A stretch of DNA of 64,000 nucleotides from an uncultured Bacilli bacterium (GTDB lineage: Bacteria; Bacillota_I; Bacilli_A; RF39; UBA660). The translations under genes and the position numbers were made by a program. Shown here piece by piece: positions 29,315 to 40,560 of the stretch; position 1 is the first letter of the stretch, and every line of letters begins with the position of its first letter. The stretch is from assembly GCA_934102335.1 (NCBI GenBank), contig CAKOSP010000004.1:65474-129473 (forward strand), written 5' to 3'. The notes beneath the pieces were generated by a model. It saw only the letters and a program-made list of their open reading frames with translations, was not told the DNA's origin and searched no databases.

Positions 29315-29994
29315 TGGGACAAAAAGTTAATCCTATAGGATATAGACTTGGTGTTAATAAAGAATGGCAAAGTCGTTGGTATGCTGGTAAAGATTACTCA
29401 GATAAACTTATTTGCGATATTAAGATTAGAGAATTTGTTGCTAAAGAATTAAAAGACGCAGCAGTTGCATCTGTTATTATCGAAAGACGTAAAGGCCGTC
29501 CTGAAATTACTCTTTATACTGCTAAACCTGGTGTTATCATCGGTCGTGGTGGTGAAGACATTGAAAAATTAAGAAAAAGAATTGGTAAATTAGTTGGCGA
29601 AGAAGTATATGTAAACATCGTTGAAGAAAAAAATCCAGATTTGAATGCTCAATTAGTTGCTAATAATATAGCTGCTCAAATTGAAGCTCGTGCACCATTT
29701 AGATCTGCACAAAAAAGAGCTATAAGAAATACTATGAAAGCTGGAGCTAAAGGTATTAAAACTGCTGTTTCTGGACGTTTAGGCGGTGCTGAAATGGCAA
29801 GAACTGAAGGATATACTGAAGGTACTGTTCCACTTCATACTATCAGAGCTGATGTAGATTATGCTACAAGTGAAGCAAATACTACTTATGGTAAGATAGG
29901 TGTTAAGGTATGGATTTACAAAAACGAAATTCTTCCTGCTAAAAAGAAAATAGTAAAGGAGGAGACTAAACATGTTGATGCCAAAAAGAACTAA
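29314..29994 (+). CDS. rpsC: 30S ribosomal protein S3.
   Basis: [13 protein letters not shown] is the S3 signature. Confidence 0.95.
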   Translation: MGQKVNPIGYRLGVNKEWQSRWYAGKDYSDKLICDIKIREFVAKELKDAAVASVIIERRKGRPEITLYTAKPGVIIGRGGEDIEKLRKRIGKLVGEEVYVNIVEEKNPDLNAQLVANNIAAQIEARAPFRSAQKRAIRNTMKAGAKGIKTAVSGRLGGAEMARTEGYTEGTVPLHTIRADVDYATSEANTTYGKIGVKVWIYKNEILPAKKKIVKEETKHVDAKKN

Positions 29995-30403
29995 ATATAG
30001 AAAGTCTCATAGAATTAGCTACGATGGTAAAGCTAAAGGTAATACAGAACTTCATTTAGGTGAATATGGATTAAAGGCTTTAGAAGGTGCTTGGATTTCT
30101 GCAAAAGAAATAGAGGCTGCTCGTATTGCTATGACTCGTTATATGAAACGTGGTGGAAAGGTATTTATTAATATTTTCCCTCATATGCCAAGAACAAAAA
30201 AACCTTTGGAAGTACGTCAAGGTAAAGGTAAAGGTGACGTTGCTGAATGGGTAGCAGTTGTTAAAACTGGAAAAATTATGTTTGAAATAAGTGGTGTAAG
30301 TGAAGATGTTGCTAGAGAAGCATTCCGTTTAGCTTCACATAAATTACCTATTAAAACAAAATTTGTTATAAAAGAAAAGGGTGGTGATTCTCTTGGAAAT
30401 TAA
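29972..30403 (+). CDS. rplP: 50S ribosomal protein L16.
   Basis: [11 protein letters not shown] is the L16 signature. Confidence 0.95.
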   Translation: MLMPKRTKYRKSHRISYDGKAKGNTELHLGEYGLKALEGAWISAKEIEAARIAMTRYMKRGGKVFINIFPHMPRTKKPLEVRQGKGKGDVAEWVAVVKTGKIMFEISGVSEDVAREAFRLASHKLPIKTKFVIKEKGGDSLGN

Positions 30404-30596
30404 GGAACTAAGAAAATTATCAAATGAAGAATTAAATAAAAAAATAATTTCTACTAAAGAAGAATTATTTACAAAAAGAATGCAACAAGCTAATGGTACT
30501 TTAGAAAAACCTGTTGAACTTAATAAATTAAGAAAAGATGTTGCTAGAATGAAAACTATTTTAAAAGAAAGAGAAATTGCTGGAGGTAACGAATAA
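30381..30596 (+). CDS. rpmC: 50S ribosomal protein L29 (the true start may be the TTG at 30393).
   Basis: [13 protein letters not shown] is L29-like. Confidence 0.9.
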   Translation: MVILLEIKELRKLSNEELNKKIISTKEELFTKRMQQANGTLEKPVELNKLRKDVARMKTILKEREIAGGNE

Positions 30597-30853
30597 TGAC
30601 TGATGTTAAACAAGAATTAGTTGGAAGAGTTATCAGTAATACTAATGATAAAACAATCACTGTATTAGTTGAAACTCATAAAAAACATGCCTTATATGGT
30701 AAACGTGTTAAATATTCAAAAAAATATGCAGCACATGATGAAAAAAATCTAGCAAAAGTAGGAGATACAGTTAAAATTAGAATGACTAGACCATTATCTA
30801 AAACTAAAAGATATGAATTAGTTGAAGTTCTAAGAGAAGCTGTTATTCTTTAG
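30596..30853 (+). CDS. rpsQ: 30S ribosomal protein S17.
   Basis: It matches the S17 family and the operon order. Confidence 0.95.
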   Translation: MTDVKQELVGRVISNTNDKTITVLVETHKKHALYGKRVKYSKKYAAHDEKNLAKVGDTVKIRMTRPLSKTKRYELVEVLREAVIL

Positions 30854-30864
30854 GAGGTACTTTT

Positions 30865-31233
30865 ATGGTAATGCAAGAAAGTAGATTAAAAGTAGCTGAT
30901 AATAGTGGAGCTCGTGAGCTTTTAGTAATTAGAGTTATGGGTGGATCTAAAGTTAAATCTGCCAATATTGGAGACATTGTTGTAGGAACAGTAAAAAAAG
31001 CTATTCCTAACAGTTCAATTCCTGCAGGTAAAGTTGTAAAAGCAGTTATAGTAAGAAGCGTTCAAGGTGTTAGACGTAAGGATGGTTCTTATATTAAATT
31101 CGGTGACAATGCCTGTGTACTAATTAAGGATGATAAATCTCCAATCGGAACTCGTGTACTAGGACCTGTTGCAAGAGAGTTAAGAGATAAAGAATTTACT
31201 AAAATCGTATCTTTAGCTCCTGAGGTTTTATAG
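30865..31233 (+). CDS. rplN: 50S ribosomal protein L14.
   Basis: [15 protein letters not shown] is the L14 signature. Confidence 0.95.
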   Translation: MVMQESRLKVADNSGARELLVIRVMGGSKVKSANIGDIVVGTVKKAIPNSSIPAGKVVKAVIVRSVQGVRRKDGSYIKFGDNACVLIKDDKSPIGTRVLGPVARELRDKEFTKIVSLAPEVL

Positions 31234-31241
31234 GAGGAATT

Positions 31242-31559
31242 ATGAAGGTAAAAGTTGGAGACAATGTAAAAATTATTGCTGGAAAAGATAAAGGAAAAGA
31301 AGGCAAAGTAATTAAGACATTTAAAAATGATCAAAAAGTAGTTGTTGAAGGTTTAAATATGATTAAAAAACATTCAAAACCTACAAATACAAATGATAAA
31401 GGCGGAATCTTCGATATTGAAGCTCCTATACATGTATCAAATGTAAAAGTTATTAAAGAAGAAAAGAAAGCTAAAAAAGTTGTAAAGGCTGAAGTTGAAA
31501 CTAAAAAAGCTCCTGCTAAAAAAACAACAAAAAAAGCTACAAAAAAGGATGGTGAATAG
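31242..31559 (+). CDS. rplX: 50S ribosomal protein L24 (with a Lys/Ala-rich C-terminal extension).
   Basis: It has the L24 KOW motif. Confidence 0.9.
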   Translation: MKVKVGDNVKIIAGKDKGKEGKVIKTFKNDQKVVVEGLNMIKKHSKPTNTNDKGGIFDIEAPIHVSNVKVIKEEKKAKKVVKAEVETKKAPAKKTTKKATKKDGE

Positions 31560-31561
31560 TC

Positions 31562-32101
31562 ATGAGTAATTATAAGAAGTTGTATAATGAAAAAATAGTT
31601 CCTGAATTAAAAAAGGAATTTAATTATTCAACAGTTATGGCTGTTCCTAAATTAGAAAAAATTGTTATTAACATGGGTGTTGGTGATGGATCAAAAGATG
31701 AAAAATTACTTACTGCAGCACTACATGATTTAGAATTAATAGCTGGTCAAAAACCTGTTATTACTAAAGCACATAAGTCAATTGCTGGTTTCAAAATTCG
31801 TGAAGGACAAAGCATTGGTGTTAAGGTAACACTTCGTGGAGAAAACATGTATAATTTCATGGAAAAATTAATTCGTATTAGTTTACCAAGAGTTAGAGAT
31901 TTCCGTGGTGTTTCTGATCGTTCTTTTGATGGACATGGAAATTATACTATAGGTATTAAAGAACAATTAATATTCCCAGAAATTGAATATGATGAAGTTG
32001 TTAAAGTTCGTGGTATGGATATTATATTTGTTACTACTGCGCATACAAATGAAGAAGCAAAAAGCTTATTAAAAGCATTTGGTATGCCTTTCAAGAATTA
32101 A
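31562..32101 (+). CDS. rplE: 50S ribosomal protein L5.
   Basis: It matches the L5 family. Confidence 0.95.
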   Translation: MSNYKKLYNEKIVPELKKEFNYSTVMAVPKLEKIVINMGVGDGSKDEKLLTAALHDLELIAGQKPVITKAHKSIAGFKIREGQSIGVKVTLRGENMYNFMEKLIRISLPRVRDFRGVSDRSFDGHGNYTIGIKEQLIFPEIEYDEVVKVRGMDIIFVTTAHTNEEAKSLLKAFGMPFKN

Positions 32102-32110
32102 GGAGGACTT

Positions 32111-32296
32111 ATGGCAAAGAAAAGTTTAGTTGTTAAAAATCAAAGAACGCCTAAGTTTAGTACTAGAGCTTATACACGTTGTAATAGATGTGGAAGACCT
32201 CATGGTGTATTAAGAAAATATGGAATTTGTCGTATTTGTTTTAGAGAATTAGCAAATAATGGTCAACTTCCAGGCGTAAAGAAATCAAGTTGGTAA
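32111..32296 (+). CDS. rpsN: 30S ribosomal protein S14, type Z (zinc-binding, 61 aa).
   Basis: It is 61 aa with CxxC...CxxC and ends in W. Confidence 0.95.
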   Translation: MAKKSLVVKNQRTPKFSTRAYTRCNRCGRPHGVLRKYGICRICFRELANNGQLPGVKKSSW

Positions 32297-32308
32297 GGAG
32301 GATAGTTT

Positions 32309-32707
32309 ATGTTTGTTCAAGATAAAATTGCGGATATGTTAACAAGAATTAGAAATGCTAATCAAATGAAGTATAAAACTGTTGAAGTTGTTGGTACTAA
32401 GATGACTAAAGGCATTGCTGAAATTCTTAAAAATGAAGGTTATATTGAAGATTATACATATGAAAGTAATACTAATGGCGATAAAATGACTATCACTTTA
32501 AAATATGGTGCTAAGAAAGAAAGAGTTATTGTTGGTCTTAAACGTATAAGTAAAAGTGGTTTAAGAGTATATGCAACAGCTGATGAACTTCCTAGAGTAT
32601 TAAACGGACTTGGTATTGCGATTATATCTACTTCAGAAGGTCTTATGACTGATAAAGAAGCTAGAGCTAAAAAGTTAGGAGGCGAAGTGCTTGCCTATAT
32701 TTGGTAA
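32309..32707 (+). CDS. rpsH: 30S ribosomal protein S8.
   Basis: It matches the S8 family. Confidence 0.95.
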   Translation: MFVQDKIADMLTRIRNANQMKYKTVEVVGTKMTKGIAEILKNEGYIEDYTYESNTNGDKMTITLKYGAKKERVIVGLKRISKSGLRVYATADELPRVLNGLGIAIISTSEGLMTDKEARAKKLGGEVLAYIW

Positions 32708-32716
32708 GATGTTATT

Positions 32717-33256
32717 ATGAGTAGAATTGGAAATAGAGTATTAACATTACCTGAAGGTGTAAGTGCTGAAGTCTCAGGTAATACAATTACAGTTAAAAGT
32801 GCTAAAGGTGAATTATCACTAGAATTTAGTAAATTAATTGATGTAAAAATTAATGGTAATGAAATTACAACTACACAAATAAAAGAATCTAAAGAAGCAA
32901 ATATTATGCAAGGAACAACAAATTCTTTAATTAATAATATGATCATTGGATTAGAAGATGGTTATGTTAAAAATTTAGAAGCTGTTGGTGTTGGATATCG
33001 TTTCAATGTTCAAGGTAGTAAAATTACTATTAATGCTGGATATTCAAATCCAGTTGTAGTTGAAATACCTGAAGGATTATCTGTTGAACTTCTAAATAAT
33101 ACAGAAATATCTATTAAAGGTATTGATAAACAAAAAGTATCTGAATTTGCGGCTAATGTTCGTAAAGTAAGAGAACCAGAACCATATAAAGGTAAAGGTA
33201 TTCGTTACAAAGGTGAACATATTCGTCGTAAAGAAGGTAAGAAAGCTGCTAAGTAA
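32717..33256 (+). CDS. rplF: 50S ribosomal protein L6.
   Basis: It matches the L6 family. Confidence 0.95.
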   Translation: MSRIGNRVLTLPEGVSAEVSGNTITVKSAKGELSLEFSKLIDVKINGNEITTTQIKESKEANIMQGTTNSLINNMIIGLEDGYVKNLEAVGVGYRFNVQGSKITINAGYSNPVVVEIPEGLSVELLNNTEISIKGIDKQKVSEFAANVRKVREPEPYKGKGIRYKGEHIRRKEGKKAAK

Positions 33257-33267
33257 GGAGGTAAATT

Positions 33268-33624
33268 ATGATTAAGAAAGAACCAAATAATGTGTCTCGT
33301 TTAAGAAGACATAAAAGAGTTAGAAAAGTAATCAGTGGAACTCAAGAATGTCCTAGATTAGATGTATTTAGATCTAATAAAGAAATATATGTTCAAGTTA
33401 TTGATGATGTAAATAAAGTTACCCTTGCTTCATCTTCTAGTAAAGCTTTAAAGCTTGCTAACGGTGGTGATATTAAAGCTGCTCAAGAAGTAGGTAAAGA
33501 TATTGCTGCTAAATGTAAAAAAGCTAAAATTAATAAAGTAGTATTCGACCGTGGTGGATATCAATATCATGGTAGAGTTGCAGCGCTTGCTGAAGCAGCA
33601 AGAGAAGCTGGATTAGAATTTTAG
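33268..33624 (+). CDS. rplR: 50S ribosomal protein L18.
   Basis: It matches the L18 family. Confidence 0.95.
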   Translation: MIKKEPNNVSRLRRHKRVRKVISGTQECPRLDVFRSNKEIYVQVIDDVNKVTLASSSSKALKLANGGDIKAAQEVGKDIAAKCKKAKINKVVFDRGGYQYHGRVAALAEAAREAGLEF

Positions 33625-33633
33625 GGAGGACTT

Positions 33634-34137
33634 ATGAGAAATCAAAAAACTGAACAAAAGAAAAATTTATTAGAAGAAAAAGTTATCTCTATTGGCAGAG
33701 TAACAAAAGTTACTAAAGGTGGTAGACATTTTCGTTTTTCTGCAACAGTAGCAGTTGGTAATAGAAAAGGCTTAGTTGGTATTGGTTCAGGAAAAGCTAA
33801 TGAAGTTCCAGAAGCAATTAAAAAAGCAATTCAAGCTGCTAATAAAAATGTTGTAAAAATTTCTTTAATAGATAATCGTACTATTCCACATGAAGTTACA
33901 GCTAAAGTAGGTAGAGCTGAAGTTCTTTTAAAACCTGCTAAAGAAGGTCGTGGAATTATTGCTGGTGGAGCTGCAAGAGCAGTATTAGAACTTGCTGGTG
34001 TTAAAGATATTATTGCTAAATCATTAGGATCTAATACTCAAATTAATGTTGCAAAAGCTACACTTGAAGCATTAGAAATGGAAAGAACTCCTGAACATAT
34101 TGCTGAACTTCGTGGAAAGAAAGTTGAGGAGTTATAA
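33634..34137 (+). CDS. rpsE: 30S ribosomal protein S5.
   Basis: It matches the S5 family. Its stop is one nt before the rplO start, which leaves no room for rpmD. Confidence 0.95.
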   Translation: MRNQKTEQKKNLLEEKVISIGRVTKVTKGGRHFRFSATVAVGNRKGLVGIGSGKANEVPEAIKKAIQAANKNVVKISLIDNRTIPHEVTAKVGRAEVLLKPAKEGRGIIAGGAARAVLELAGVKDIIAKSLGSNTQINVAKATLEALEMERTPEHIAELRGKKVEEL

Positions 34138-34138
34138 T

Positions 34139-34582
34139 ATGAAATTAGAAAATTTACCAAAAACTAAAGAATTAAAAGCAACAAAAAGAGTTGGACGTGG
34201 TGTTGGATCTGGAATGGGTAAAACATCAACTCGTGGCGAAAAAGGACAAAAATCTAGAAGTGGTGTTAGTATTAAACCTTGGTTCCAAGGTGGACAAACT
34301 CCATTATACCGTAGATTACCTAAAAGAGGATTTAATAATAAACAATTTGAAACTAAGTATGCTTGTATAAATTTAAGCGATTTAGACAGATACTTTAAAG
34401 ATGGAGAAGAAGTAACTCCAGAAGTTTTAAAAGAAAGAGGAATAATCAAAAAGGGATTAAGCGGTATAAAAGTATTAGGTAATGGTACTCTTGAAAAGAA
34501 ATTAGTTGTTAAAGCTAATAGATTCTCTTCATCTGCTGTTACAAAAATAGAAAATGCCGGTGGAAAAACAGAGGTGATTTAG
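34139..34582 (+). CDS. rplO: 50S ribosomal protein L15.
   Basis: It starts MKLENL and matches the L15 family. The ORF-track start at 34100 overlaps S5. Confidence 0.9.
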   Translation: MKLENLPKTKELKATKRVGRGVGSGMGKTSTRGEKGQKSRSGVSIKPWFQGGQTPLYRRLPKRGFNNKQFETKYACINLSDLDRYFKDGEEVTPEVLKERGIIKKGLSGIKVLGNGTLEKKLVVKANRFSSSAVTKIENAGGKTEVI

Positions 34583-35839
34583 ATGTTTCGTGGGTTTTCC
34601 CAACTTTTTAGTAAATCAAATAAAGATTTACGCAAAAGAATCTATATTACCCTTGCTTGTTTGGGAATATTTTGTTTAGGTACAACAATAACAATCCCAT
34701 GGGCTTCTGTAGTATATGATGATTTAGGTTTTTTAGAAATATTTAACTTAATGAGTGGTGGAGGATTAAAAAGTTTCTCAATATTTGGACTTGGAGTTTC
34801 TCCTTATATTACAGCGTCAATAATTACACAATTATTGCAAATGGATATTATTCCTTATTTTAAGGATTTAAAAGATCAAGGTTATGTTGGTAGACAGAAA
34901 ATTAATAAGATAACTAGATATTTAGGAATTATTATTGGTTTTGTTCAAGCGTATGCATTAACTGTGTTTTATATGCAAGGTGCCGATGTAATGACTATGC
35001 TTAAAACAGCATTAGTTATGACTGCTGGTACTGCATTTTGCTTATGGATGGGTGACCAAATAAGTAGTAAAGGAATAGGTAATGGACAATCAATGTTAAT
35101 TATGGCTGGTATTATTCAGAGTATGCCAGGTATATTTGCATCAGCTTATTCATCATTTTTATCATTTGGAGAAGCATTGGGTATAATATTATTTATTATA
35201 TTTGTACTAGTTTATATTTTAATAGTATTAGGCATTGTATGGATTCAACTTGCAGAAAGAAGAATTCCTATTCAATACGCTAATAGAACTACTAGTGCAT
35301 ATGGTGGACAGCAAAGTTTCTTACCTATTAAAATTAACTCTGCTGGTGTTGTACCAGTAATATTTGCATCTATTTTAACAACAATACCTGCTACGATTGT
35401 TGCTTTAACAAAAAATCAAGCAGCTATTGATTTTGTTAATAATTATATTGTGTATACTTCATGGACTGGATTTATCTTATATTTAGTATTGATATTATTC
35501 TTTGGATATTTCTATACTTATATGATAATGAATCCTGAAGAAATGAGTAAAAATTTAAATGAAAGAGGTGGATACATTCCTGGTGTTAGACCTGGTGAAG
35601 ATACCTCAAATTATATTGGTGATTCAATTGGAAAACTTACTTTTGTTGGCAGCTTGTTCTTGATGATTTTGGCAGCTATTCCAGTGTTAGTTTCAAAAAT
35701 AGCTAGTTTATCCGGTGCTGTAACTATTGGTGGAACAGGAATGTTAATTGTAGTTGGTGTTGCAATTGAAACATACCAACAATTAGAGAGTAGCTTAATA
35801 AGTAGAAGTTATTCTGAAAAAAGAAAGAGGCTTAGATGA
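34583..35839 (+). CDS. secY: Preprotein translocase subunit SecY.
   Basis: It has 10 TM segments, SecY motifs and sits in the spc operon. Confidence 0.95.
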   Translation: MFRGFSQLFSKSNKDLRKRIYITLACLGIFCLGTTITIPWASVVYDDLGFLEIFNLMSGGGLKSFSIFGLGVSPYITASIITQLLQMDIIPYFKDLKDQGYVGRQKINKITRYLGIIIGFVQAYALTVFYMQGADVMTMLKTALVMTAGTAFCLWMGDQISSKGIGNGQSMLIMAGIIQSMPGIFASAYSSFLSFGEALGIILFIIFVLVYILIVLGIVWIQLAERRIPIQYANRTTSAYGGQQSFLPIKINSAGVVPVIFASILTTIPATIVALTKNQAAIDFVNNYIVYTSWTGFILYLVLILFFGYFYTYMIMNPEEMSKNLNERGGYIPGVRPGEDTSNYIGDSIGKLTFVGSLFLMILAAIPVLVSKIASLSGAVTIGGTGMLIVVGVAIETYQQLESSLISRSYSEKRKRLR

Positions 35840-36486
35840 AAAATATAATATTTATTGCACCTCCTGCTGCTGGCAAAGGAACTCAAAGTTCTTATTTAGT
35901 TGAAAAATATGGCTATGTACATGTTTCAACTGGTGATATGTTAAGGGAAGCAATAGCTTCTGGTAGTGAACTTGGAAATTGTGTAAAAAATATTATTGAT
36001 CAAGGATTACTTGTTAGTGATGACATAATGATTGATCTTATTAAAGATAAGTTAACAAGTATTAAGGGAAAGCCATTTATTTTAGATGGTTTTCCTAGAA
36101 CTCTTAATCAAGCAAAAGCTTTAAATGAAATGTTTTTAAATTTAAACATTGATAATTATGTTGCTATTTATTTGGAAATTACCAAAAAATTAGCTATGGA
36201 AAGATCGCTTGGAAGGGTTACTTGTGAAAAGTGTGGTACAGGTTTTAATAAATATAGTGTAGAAAAAATGCCTAAAAAAGAAGGTATTTGTGATAAATGT
36301 GGTGGTAATTTAATTAGTAGAACTGATGATAATGAAGAATCATTTAATAAAAGATTCGACACATTTATTAAAAATAATGAATCAATTATTGAGTTTTATA
36401 AAGATTTAAATAGGTTGGAAATTATTAGTGCAAATTGTACTTCAATACCTACTTTTGAAGGAATAGTGAAAGTAATTAATGATTAG
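35836..36486 (+). CDS. adk: Adenylate kinase with a zinc lid domain.
   Basis: It has a P-loop (GPPAAGKGTQ) and the lid motifs CEKCG...CDKCGG. Confidence 0.95.
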   Translation: MKNIIFIAPPAAGKGTQSSYLVEKYGYVHVSTGDMLREAIASGSELGNCVKNIIDQGLLVSDDIMIDLIKDKLTSIKGKPFILDGFPRTLNQAKALNEMFLNLNIDNYVAIYLEITKKLAMERSLGRVTCEKCGTGFNKYSVEKMPKKEGICDKCGGNLISRTDDNEESFNKRFDTFIKNNESIIEFYKDLNRLEIISANCTSIPTFEGIVKVIND

Positions 36487-37222
36487 TATAAAAAGTGAAC
36501 ATGAAATCGAATTAATGAGACATGCTGGACATATAAACTATTTAACACATATGGAAGTAAAAAAGCATATTAAGGCTGGAGTTACTACTAAAGAGTTAGA
36601 TAAAGTTGCTTATGACTTTATTACGAGTCATGATTGTACACCGTCCTTTTTAAATTATGAGGGATATCCCGCTAGTATATGTGTTTCAGTAAATGATGAA
36701 GTTGTTCATGGAATTCCTGGTAATAGGAAATTAAAAAATGGTGATGTTGTTTCAGTGGATATAGGTTCTTGTTATAAAGGATATCATTCTGATTCCGCAA
36801 ATACTTATATTGTAGGAACTGCGTCAAAAGAAGTTCAAGATCTTGTTTCTAACACAGAAAAGTCTTTATATAAGGGTTTGAGTGTTATCAAAGAAGGAAC
36901 AAGAATTAATGAAATTGGTCAAGCAATAGAAAAATATGCTCATGAAAATGGGCTATCTGTTGTAGAAGAACTTGTTGGTCATGGTGTTGGTACTGACGTT
37001 CATGAAGATCCGGATGTACCAAATTATAATACAGACTTAACAAAAAGGTTAAAATGTGGTATGGTAATAGCTGTTGAACCGATGTTAAATTTAGGCAAAC
37101 GATATATTTATCAAATGCCTGATGGATGGACTATTAGAACTGATGATGGACTTCCATCTGCACACTTTGAGCATACCGTACTAGTCACTAAAGATGGCTA
37201 TGAGATCTTGACGGGAGAGTGA
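36479..37222 (+). CDS. map: Methionine aminopeptidase type I.
   Basis: It has the MetAP metal ligands. Confidence 0.9.
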   Translation: MISIKSEHEIELMRHAGHINYLTHMEVKKHIKAGVTTKELDKVAYDFITSHDCTPSFLNYEGYPASICVSVNDEVVHGIPGNRKLKNGDVVSVDIGSCYKGYHSDSANTYIVGTASKEVQDLVSNTEKSLYKGLSVIKEGTRINEIGQAIEKYAHENGLSVVEELVGHGVGTDVHEDPDVPNYNTDLTKRLKCGMVIAVEPMLNLGKRYIYQMPDGWTIRTDDGLPSAHFEHTVLVTKDGYEILTGE

Positions 37223-37226
37223 TATA

Positions 37227-37451
37227 ATGGCAAAGAATAATGGTGACAAAATTGAAGTAGAGGGAAAGGTTGTTGAGGTTTTAAAAGGCAGTGATTATAT
37301 TGTCGAATTACCTAATGGCCACACTGTAAAAGCCTACGTTTCTGGTAAAATGCGTATTCACATGATACGTATCTTACCGGGTGATACCGTTACAGTGAAA
37401 TTATCCCCTTATGATTTAACACGTGGGATTATTGTATGGAATAAAAGATAG
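37227..37451 (+). CDS. infA: Translation initiation factor IF-1.
   Basis: It has an S1-like fold and aligns to IF-1 ([16 protein letters not shown]...ELPNGH). Confidence 0.95.
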   Translation: MAKNNGDKIEVEGKVVEVLKGSDYIVELPNGHTVKAYVSGKMRIHMIRILPGDTVTVKLSPYDLTRGIIVWNKR

Positions 37452-37462
37452 GAGAGTTTATT

Positions 37463-37576
37463 ATGAAAGTTAGACCATCAGTTAAGAAAATTTGTAAAAA
37501 ATGTAAAATTATTAGAAGAAATGGTAGAGTTATGGTAATTTGTGAAAATCCAAAACACAAACAAAGACAAGGTTAA
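37463..37576 (+). CDS. rpmJ: 50S ribosomal protein L36 (37 aa). It is absent from the ORF track because it falls below the length cutoff.
   Basis: Translation gives [37 protein letters not shown], the canonical L36 with a CxxC...C...H zinc ribbon. Confidence 0.9.
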   Translation: MKVRPSVKKICKKCKIIRRNGRVMVICENPKHKQRQG

Positions 37577-37587
37577 GGAGGTAAATT

Positions 37588-37962
37588 ATGGCAAGAATTA
37601 AGAATATTGAATTACCAAATCAAAAACATATTTGTATTGGACTTACTGCTATATATGGTATTGGTAGAAGTTTAGCAAAAACAATTTGTATTAATGCAAA
37701 TGTTGATCCAACTAAAAAAGTTAAAGATTTAAGCGAAACTGAAATTGCAGCTCTTCGTAAAGAAATTGATAACCATGTAGTTGAAGGTGATCTTCGTAGA
37801 GAAGTTCAAATGAGTATTAAAAACAAAATGGAAATTAATAGCTACCAAGGTATTAGACATAAAAAAGGACTTCCAGTTAGAGGTCAAAGAACTAGTAGAA
37901 ATGCTCATACTCGTAAGGGTAGAGGTAAAGTAGTAGCTAATAAGAAAAAGGTTTCAAAATAG
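37588..37962 (+). CDS. rpsM: 30S ribosomal protein S13.
   Basis: MARIKNIELP is S13-like. Confidence 0.95.
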   Translation: MARIKNIELPNQKHICIGLTAIYGIGRSLAKTICINANVDPTKKVKDLSETEIAALRKEIDNHVVEGDLRREVQMSIKNKMEINSYQGIRHKKGLPVRGQRTSRNAHTRKGRGKVVANKKKVSK

Positions 37963-37975
37963 GAGGTAAATAGTT

Positions 37976-38359
37976 ATGGCATATAATAGAAGAAAGAAAA
38001 AAGTTAAAAGAACTGTTGTTGAAGCTGAAGCACATATTCATTCAACATATAATAATACTATTGTAACTATTTCTGATAAAGATGGAAATGCAATAAGTTG
38101 GTCATCTGCTGGTAGAATTGGTTATAAAGGAAGTAAAAAGAAAACTCCTTTTGCTGCTGGATTAACTGCTGAAGCTGCTGGTGCTGCTGCTGTAAGTGAA
38201 GGTGTGAAAAAAGTAGACGTATATGTTAAAGGTTTAGGACCTGGAAGAGAAAATGCTATTCGTTCACTACAAACTGCTGGACTTGAAATTACAAGTATAG
38301 TTGATGAAACTCCAGTACCTCATAATGGTTGCCGTCCACCAAAAAGACCAAGAAATTAG
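37976..38359 (+). CDS. rpsK: 30S ribosomal protein S11.
   Basis: It matches the S11 family. Confidence 0.95.
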   Translation: MAYNRRKKKVKRTVVEAEAHIHSTYNNTIVTISDKDGNAISWSSAGRIGYKGSKKKTPFAAGLTAEAAGAAAVSEGVKKVDVYVKGLGPGRENAIRSLQTAGLEITSIVDETPVPHNGCRPPKRPRN

Positions 38360-38383
38360 TTTAAGGAAAGGAATGTGTGTACA

Positions 38384-39328
38384 ATGATAAAATTTGAAAA
38401 ACCAGAATACAAAATAGCAGAGTACATCGAGAGTAATCATTTTGGAAAATTTGAGTTAGATCCTTTAGAAAGAGGATTTGGAACAACTATTGGAAATGCT
38501 TTAAGAAGAGTAATGCTTTCTAGTTTACCTGGAAGTGCAATTACAAGTGTTTGCATTGATGGCGTAATGCACGAATTTCAAAAAATTGAAGGTGTTGTTG
38601 AAGATGTTACAGCTATAGTTTTAAACTTAAAAAATGTAGTTGTAAAAAATCATTCAAAAGAAGTTAAGACCTTAAGATTATTTAAAGATACCGAAGGACC
38701 AGTTACTGCTGCTGATTTTGAACCAGATGCAGAAGTAGAAATTTTAAATCCTGATAAAGTACTTTGTACTTTAGTTAGTGGTGGAAAAATTGACATGGAA
38801 GTAACAATTAACAACGGAAGAGGATTTGTTGATTCTAAGACTAATAAAGCTAAAATGGGTAATGTTAAAGCTGGTGTTATTGCTATAGATTCAAATTACT
38901 CTCCAATTGAATATGTTAAATATGATGTTACTGATACTCGTGTTGGTCAAAATGAAAATTATGATAAATTAACTATGGAAGTTGCTACTGATGGATCTAT
39001 GACTCCAGAAGAAGCTATGGCTCTTGCAGCAACTATTTTAATAGAACATTTCAATATTGTAGCTGATTTAAATGCTATAAGTGATATGTCTGGCATAATG
39101 CAAGAAAAGAAAGTAGATACAATTACTAAAAAACTTGAAACTCCTATAGAGGAAGTAGAATTCTCAGTACGTGCTTATAATTGTTTAAAACGTGCTGGTA
39201 TTCATACTATTCAAGATTTAGTTGACAAAAAAGAAGTAGAAGTTACAAAGATTAGAAACCTAGGAAAGAAATCATTAAAAGAAGTTATTGATAAGGTTGC
39301 TGAACTTGGACTATCATTTAAGGAGTAG
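38384..39328 (+). CDS. rpoA: DNA-directed RNA polymerase alpha subunit.
   Basis: Its N-terminus MIKFEKPEYK...LERGFGTTIGNALRRVMLSSLPG is RpoA-like. Confidence 0.95.
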   Translation: MIKFEKPEYKIAEYIESNHFGKFELDPLERGFGTTIGNALRRVMLSSLPGSAITSVCIDGVMHEFQKIEGVVEDVTAIVLNLKNVVVKNHSKEVKTLRLFKDTEGPVTAADFEPDAEVEILNPDKVLCTLVSGGKIDMEVTINNGRGFVDSKTNKAKMGNVKAGVIAIDSNYSPIEYVKYDVTDTRVGQNENYDKLTMEVATDGSMTPEEAMALAATILIEHFNIVADLNAISDMSGIMQEKKVDTITKKLETPIEEVEFSVRAYNCLKRAGIHTIQDLVDKKEVEVTKIRNLGKKSLKEVIDKVAELGLSFKE

Positions 39329-39333
39329 AGATT

Positions 39334-39675
39334 ATGGCATATAGAAAATTAAATAGAGAAACTAGACAAAGAAGAAGCATTCTTGCTGGATTAACTAAAA
39401 ATGTTTTAGAATATGGATATGTAGTAACAACTGAACAAAGAGCTAAAGAAGTTCGTAAATTTGTTGATAAAATGATAACTTATGGCAAAAGAGGAACTTT
39501 AGTTTCTCGTAGAAAAGCTTTAGCTTTCTTACATAATGATTCAGAATTAGTTGCAAAAGTATTTAATGAACTTGCAGTTAATTATAAAGATCGTAATGGT
39601 GGTTATACAAGAATTATTAAACTTAATGAACGTCGTGGCGATGATGCTTTAGAAGTAAGATTGGAATTAGTATAG
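39334..39675 (+). CDS. rplQ: 50S ribosomal protein L17.
   Basis: It matches the L17 family. Confidence 0.95.
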   Translation: MAYRKLNRETRQRRSILAGLTKNVLEYGYVVTTEQRAKEVRKFVDKMITYGKRGTLVSRRKALAFLHNDSELVAKVFNELAVNYKDRNGGYTRIIKLNERRGDDALEVRLELV

Positions 39676-39698
39676 TTATATCTATACTTTTTTTATTT
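39669..39698 (+). terminator. Intrinsic terminator at the end of the alpha operon (AGTATAG-TTATAT-CTATACT, then T7).
   Basis: Hairpin plus U-tract that overlaps the rplQ stop. Confidence 0.6.
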
Positions 39699-39774
39699 TT
39701 GATATAAAAACAATTCAATTATATAAAATTTTATGATAAAATAATAATACGTGTTACATTAAGGAAGTGTTTTT

Positions 39775-40560
39775 ATGGCAAATATAATATCATTAGTTAA
39801 TCAAAAGGGTGGTGTAGGAAAGACTACTACTAGTATTAATTTATCAGCTGCTTTGGGTCAATATGGTAAAAAAGTTTTATTAATCGATATGGATCCGCAA
39901 AGTAATGCAACTACTGGATTGGGCTTTTCTTCATCAGATTTTAATTATGATATTTATGAAGTTTTAGCGGGAAGTGTAGATATTACAAAAGCTATAAAAA
40001 AGACTAAATTTAAAAATTTAAGTATTATTCCTTCAACATTAAATTTAGCTGGTGTTGATGTAGAGTTTGTTAAAAAAATGTTGGAAAATTCTGAATTTAG
40101 ACAAAATGAACAATTAAAAAATGCTTTAAATCAAGTAAGGGATAACTATGATTATATTATAATTGATTGTCAGCCTTCATTGGGTATTGGTACAATGAAT
40201 GCTTTAGTTGCAAGTGATTCGGTTATAATACCTGTTCAATGTGAATTTTTTGCTTTGGAAGGTATTACACAGTTATTAAATTCTATAATTATGGTTCAAT
40301 CAAGTATGAATCCTAGTTTAAGAATAGAAGGTGTTTTATTAACTATGCTTGATGGTAGAACTAATATTGGTTTAGAAGTAATTGAAGAAATTCGTAAATA
40401 CTTTAAGGACAAAGTATTCAATACAATTATTCCAAGATTAGTAAGATTAGTAGAAGCTCCTTCACATGGTAAACCTATAAATGAGTATGATCCAGAATCT
40501 AGAGCAACTTTGGCTTATGCAAATTTAGCAAAGGAAGTGATCCAAAGAGATGGAAACTAA
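39775..40560 (+). CDS. parA: Chromosome partitioning ATPase ParA/Soj.
   Basis: It has a deviant Walker A motif (KGGVGKTTT). Confidence 0.9.
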   Translation: MANIISLVNQKGGVGKTTTSINLSAALGQYGKKVLLIDMDPQSNATTGLGFSSSDFNYDIYEVLAGSVDITKAIKKTKFKNLSIIPSTLNLAGVDVEFVKKMLENSEFRQNEQLKNALNQVRDNYDYIIIDCQPSLGIGTMNALVASDSVIIPVQCEFFALEGITQLLNSIIMVQSSMNPSLRIEGVLLTMLDGRTNIGLEVIEEIRKYFKDKVFNTIIPRLVRLVEAPSHGKPINEYDPESRATLAYANLAKEVIQRDGN

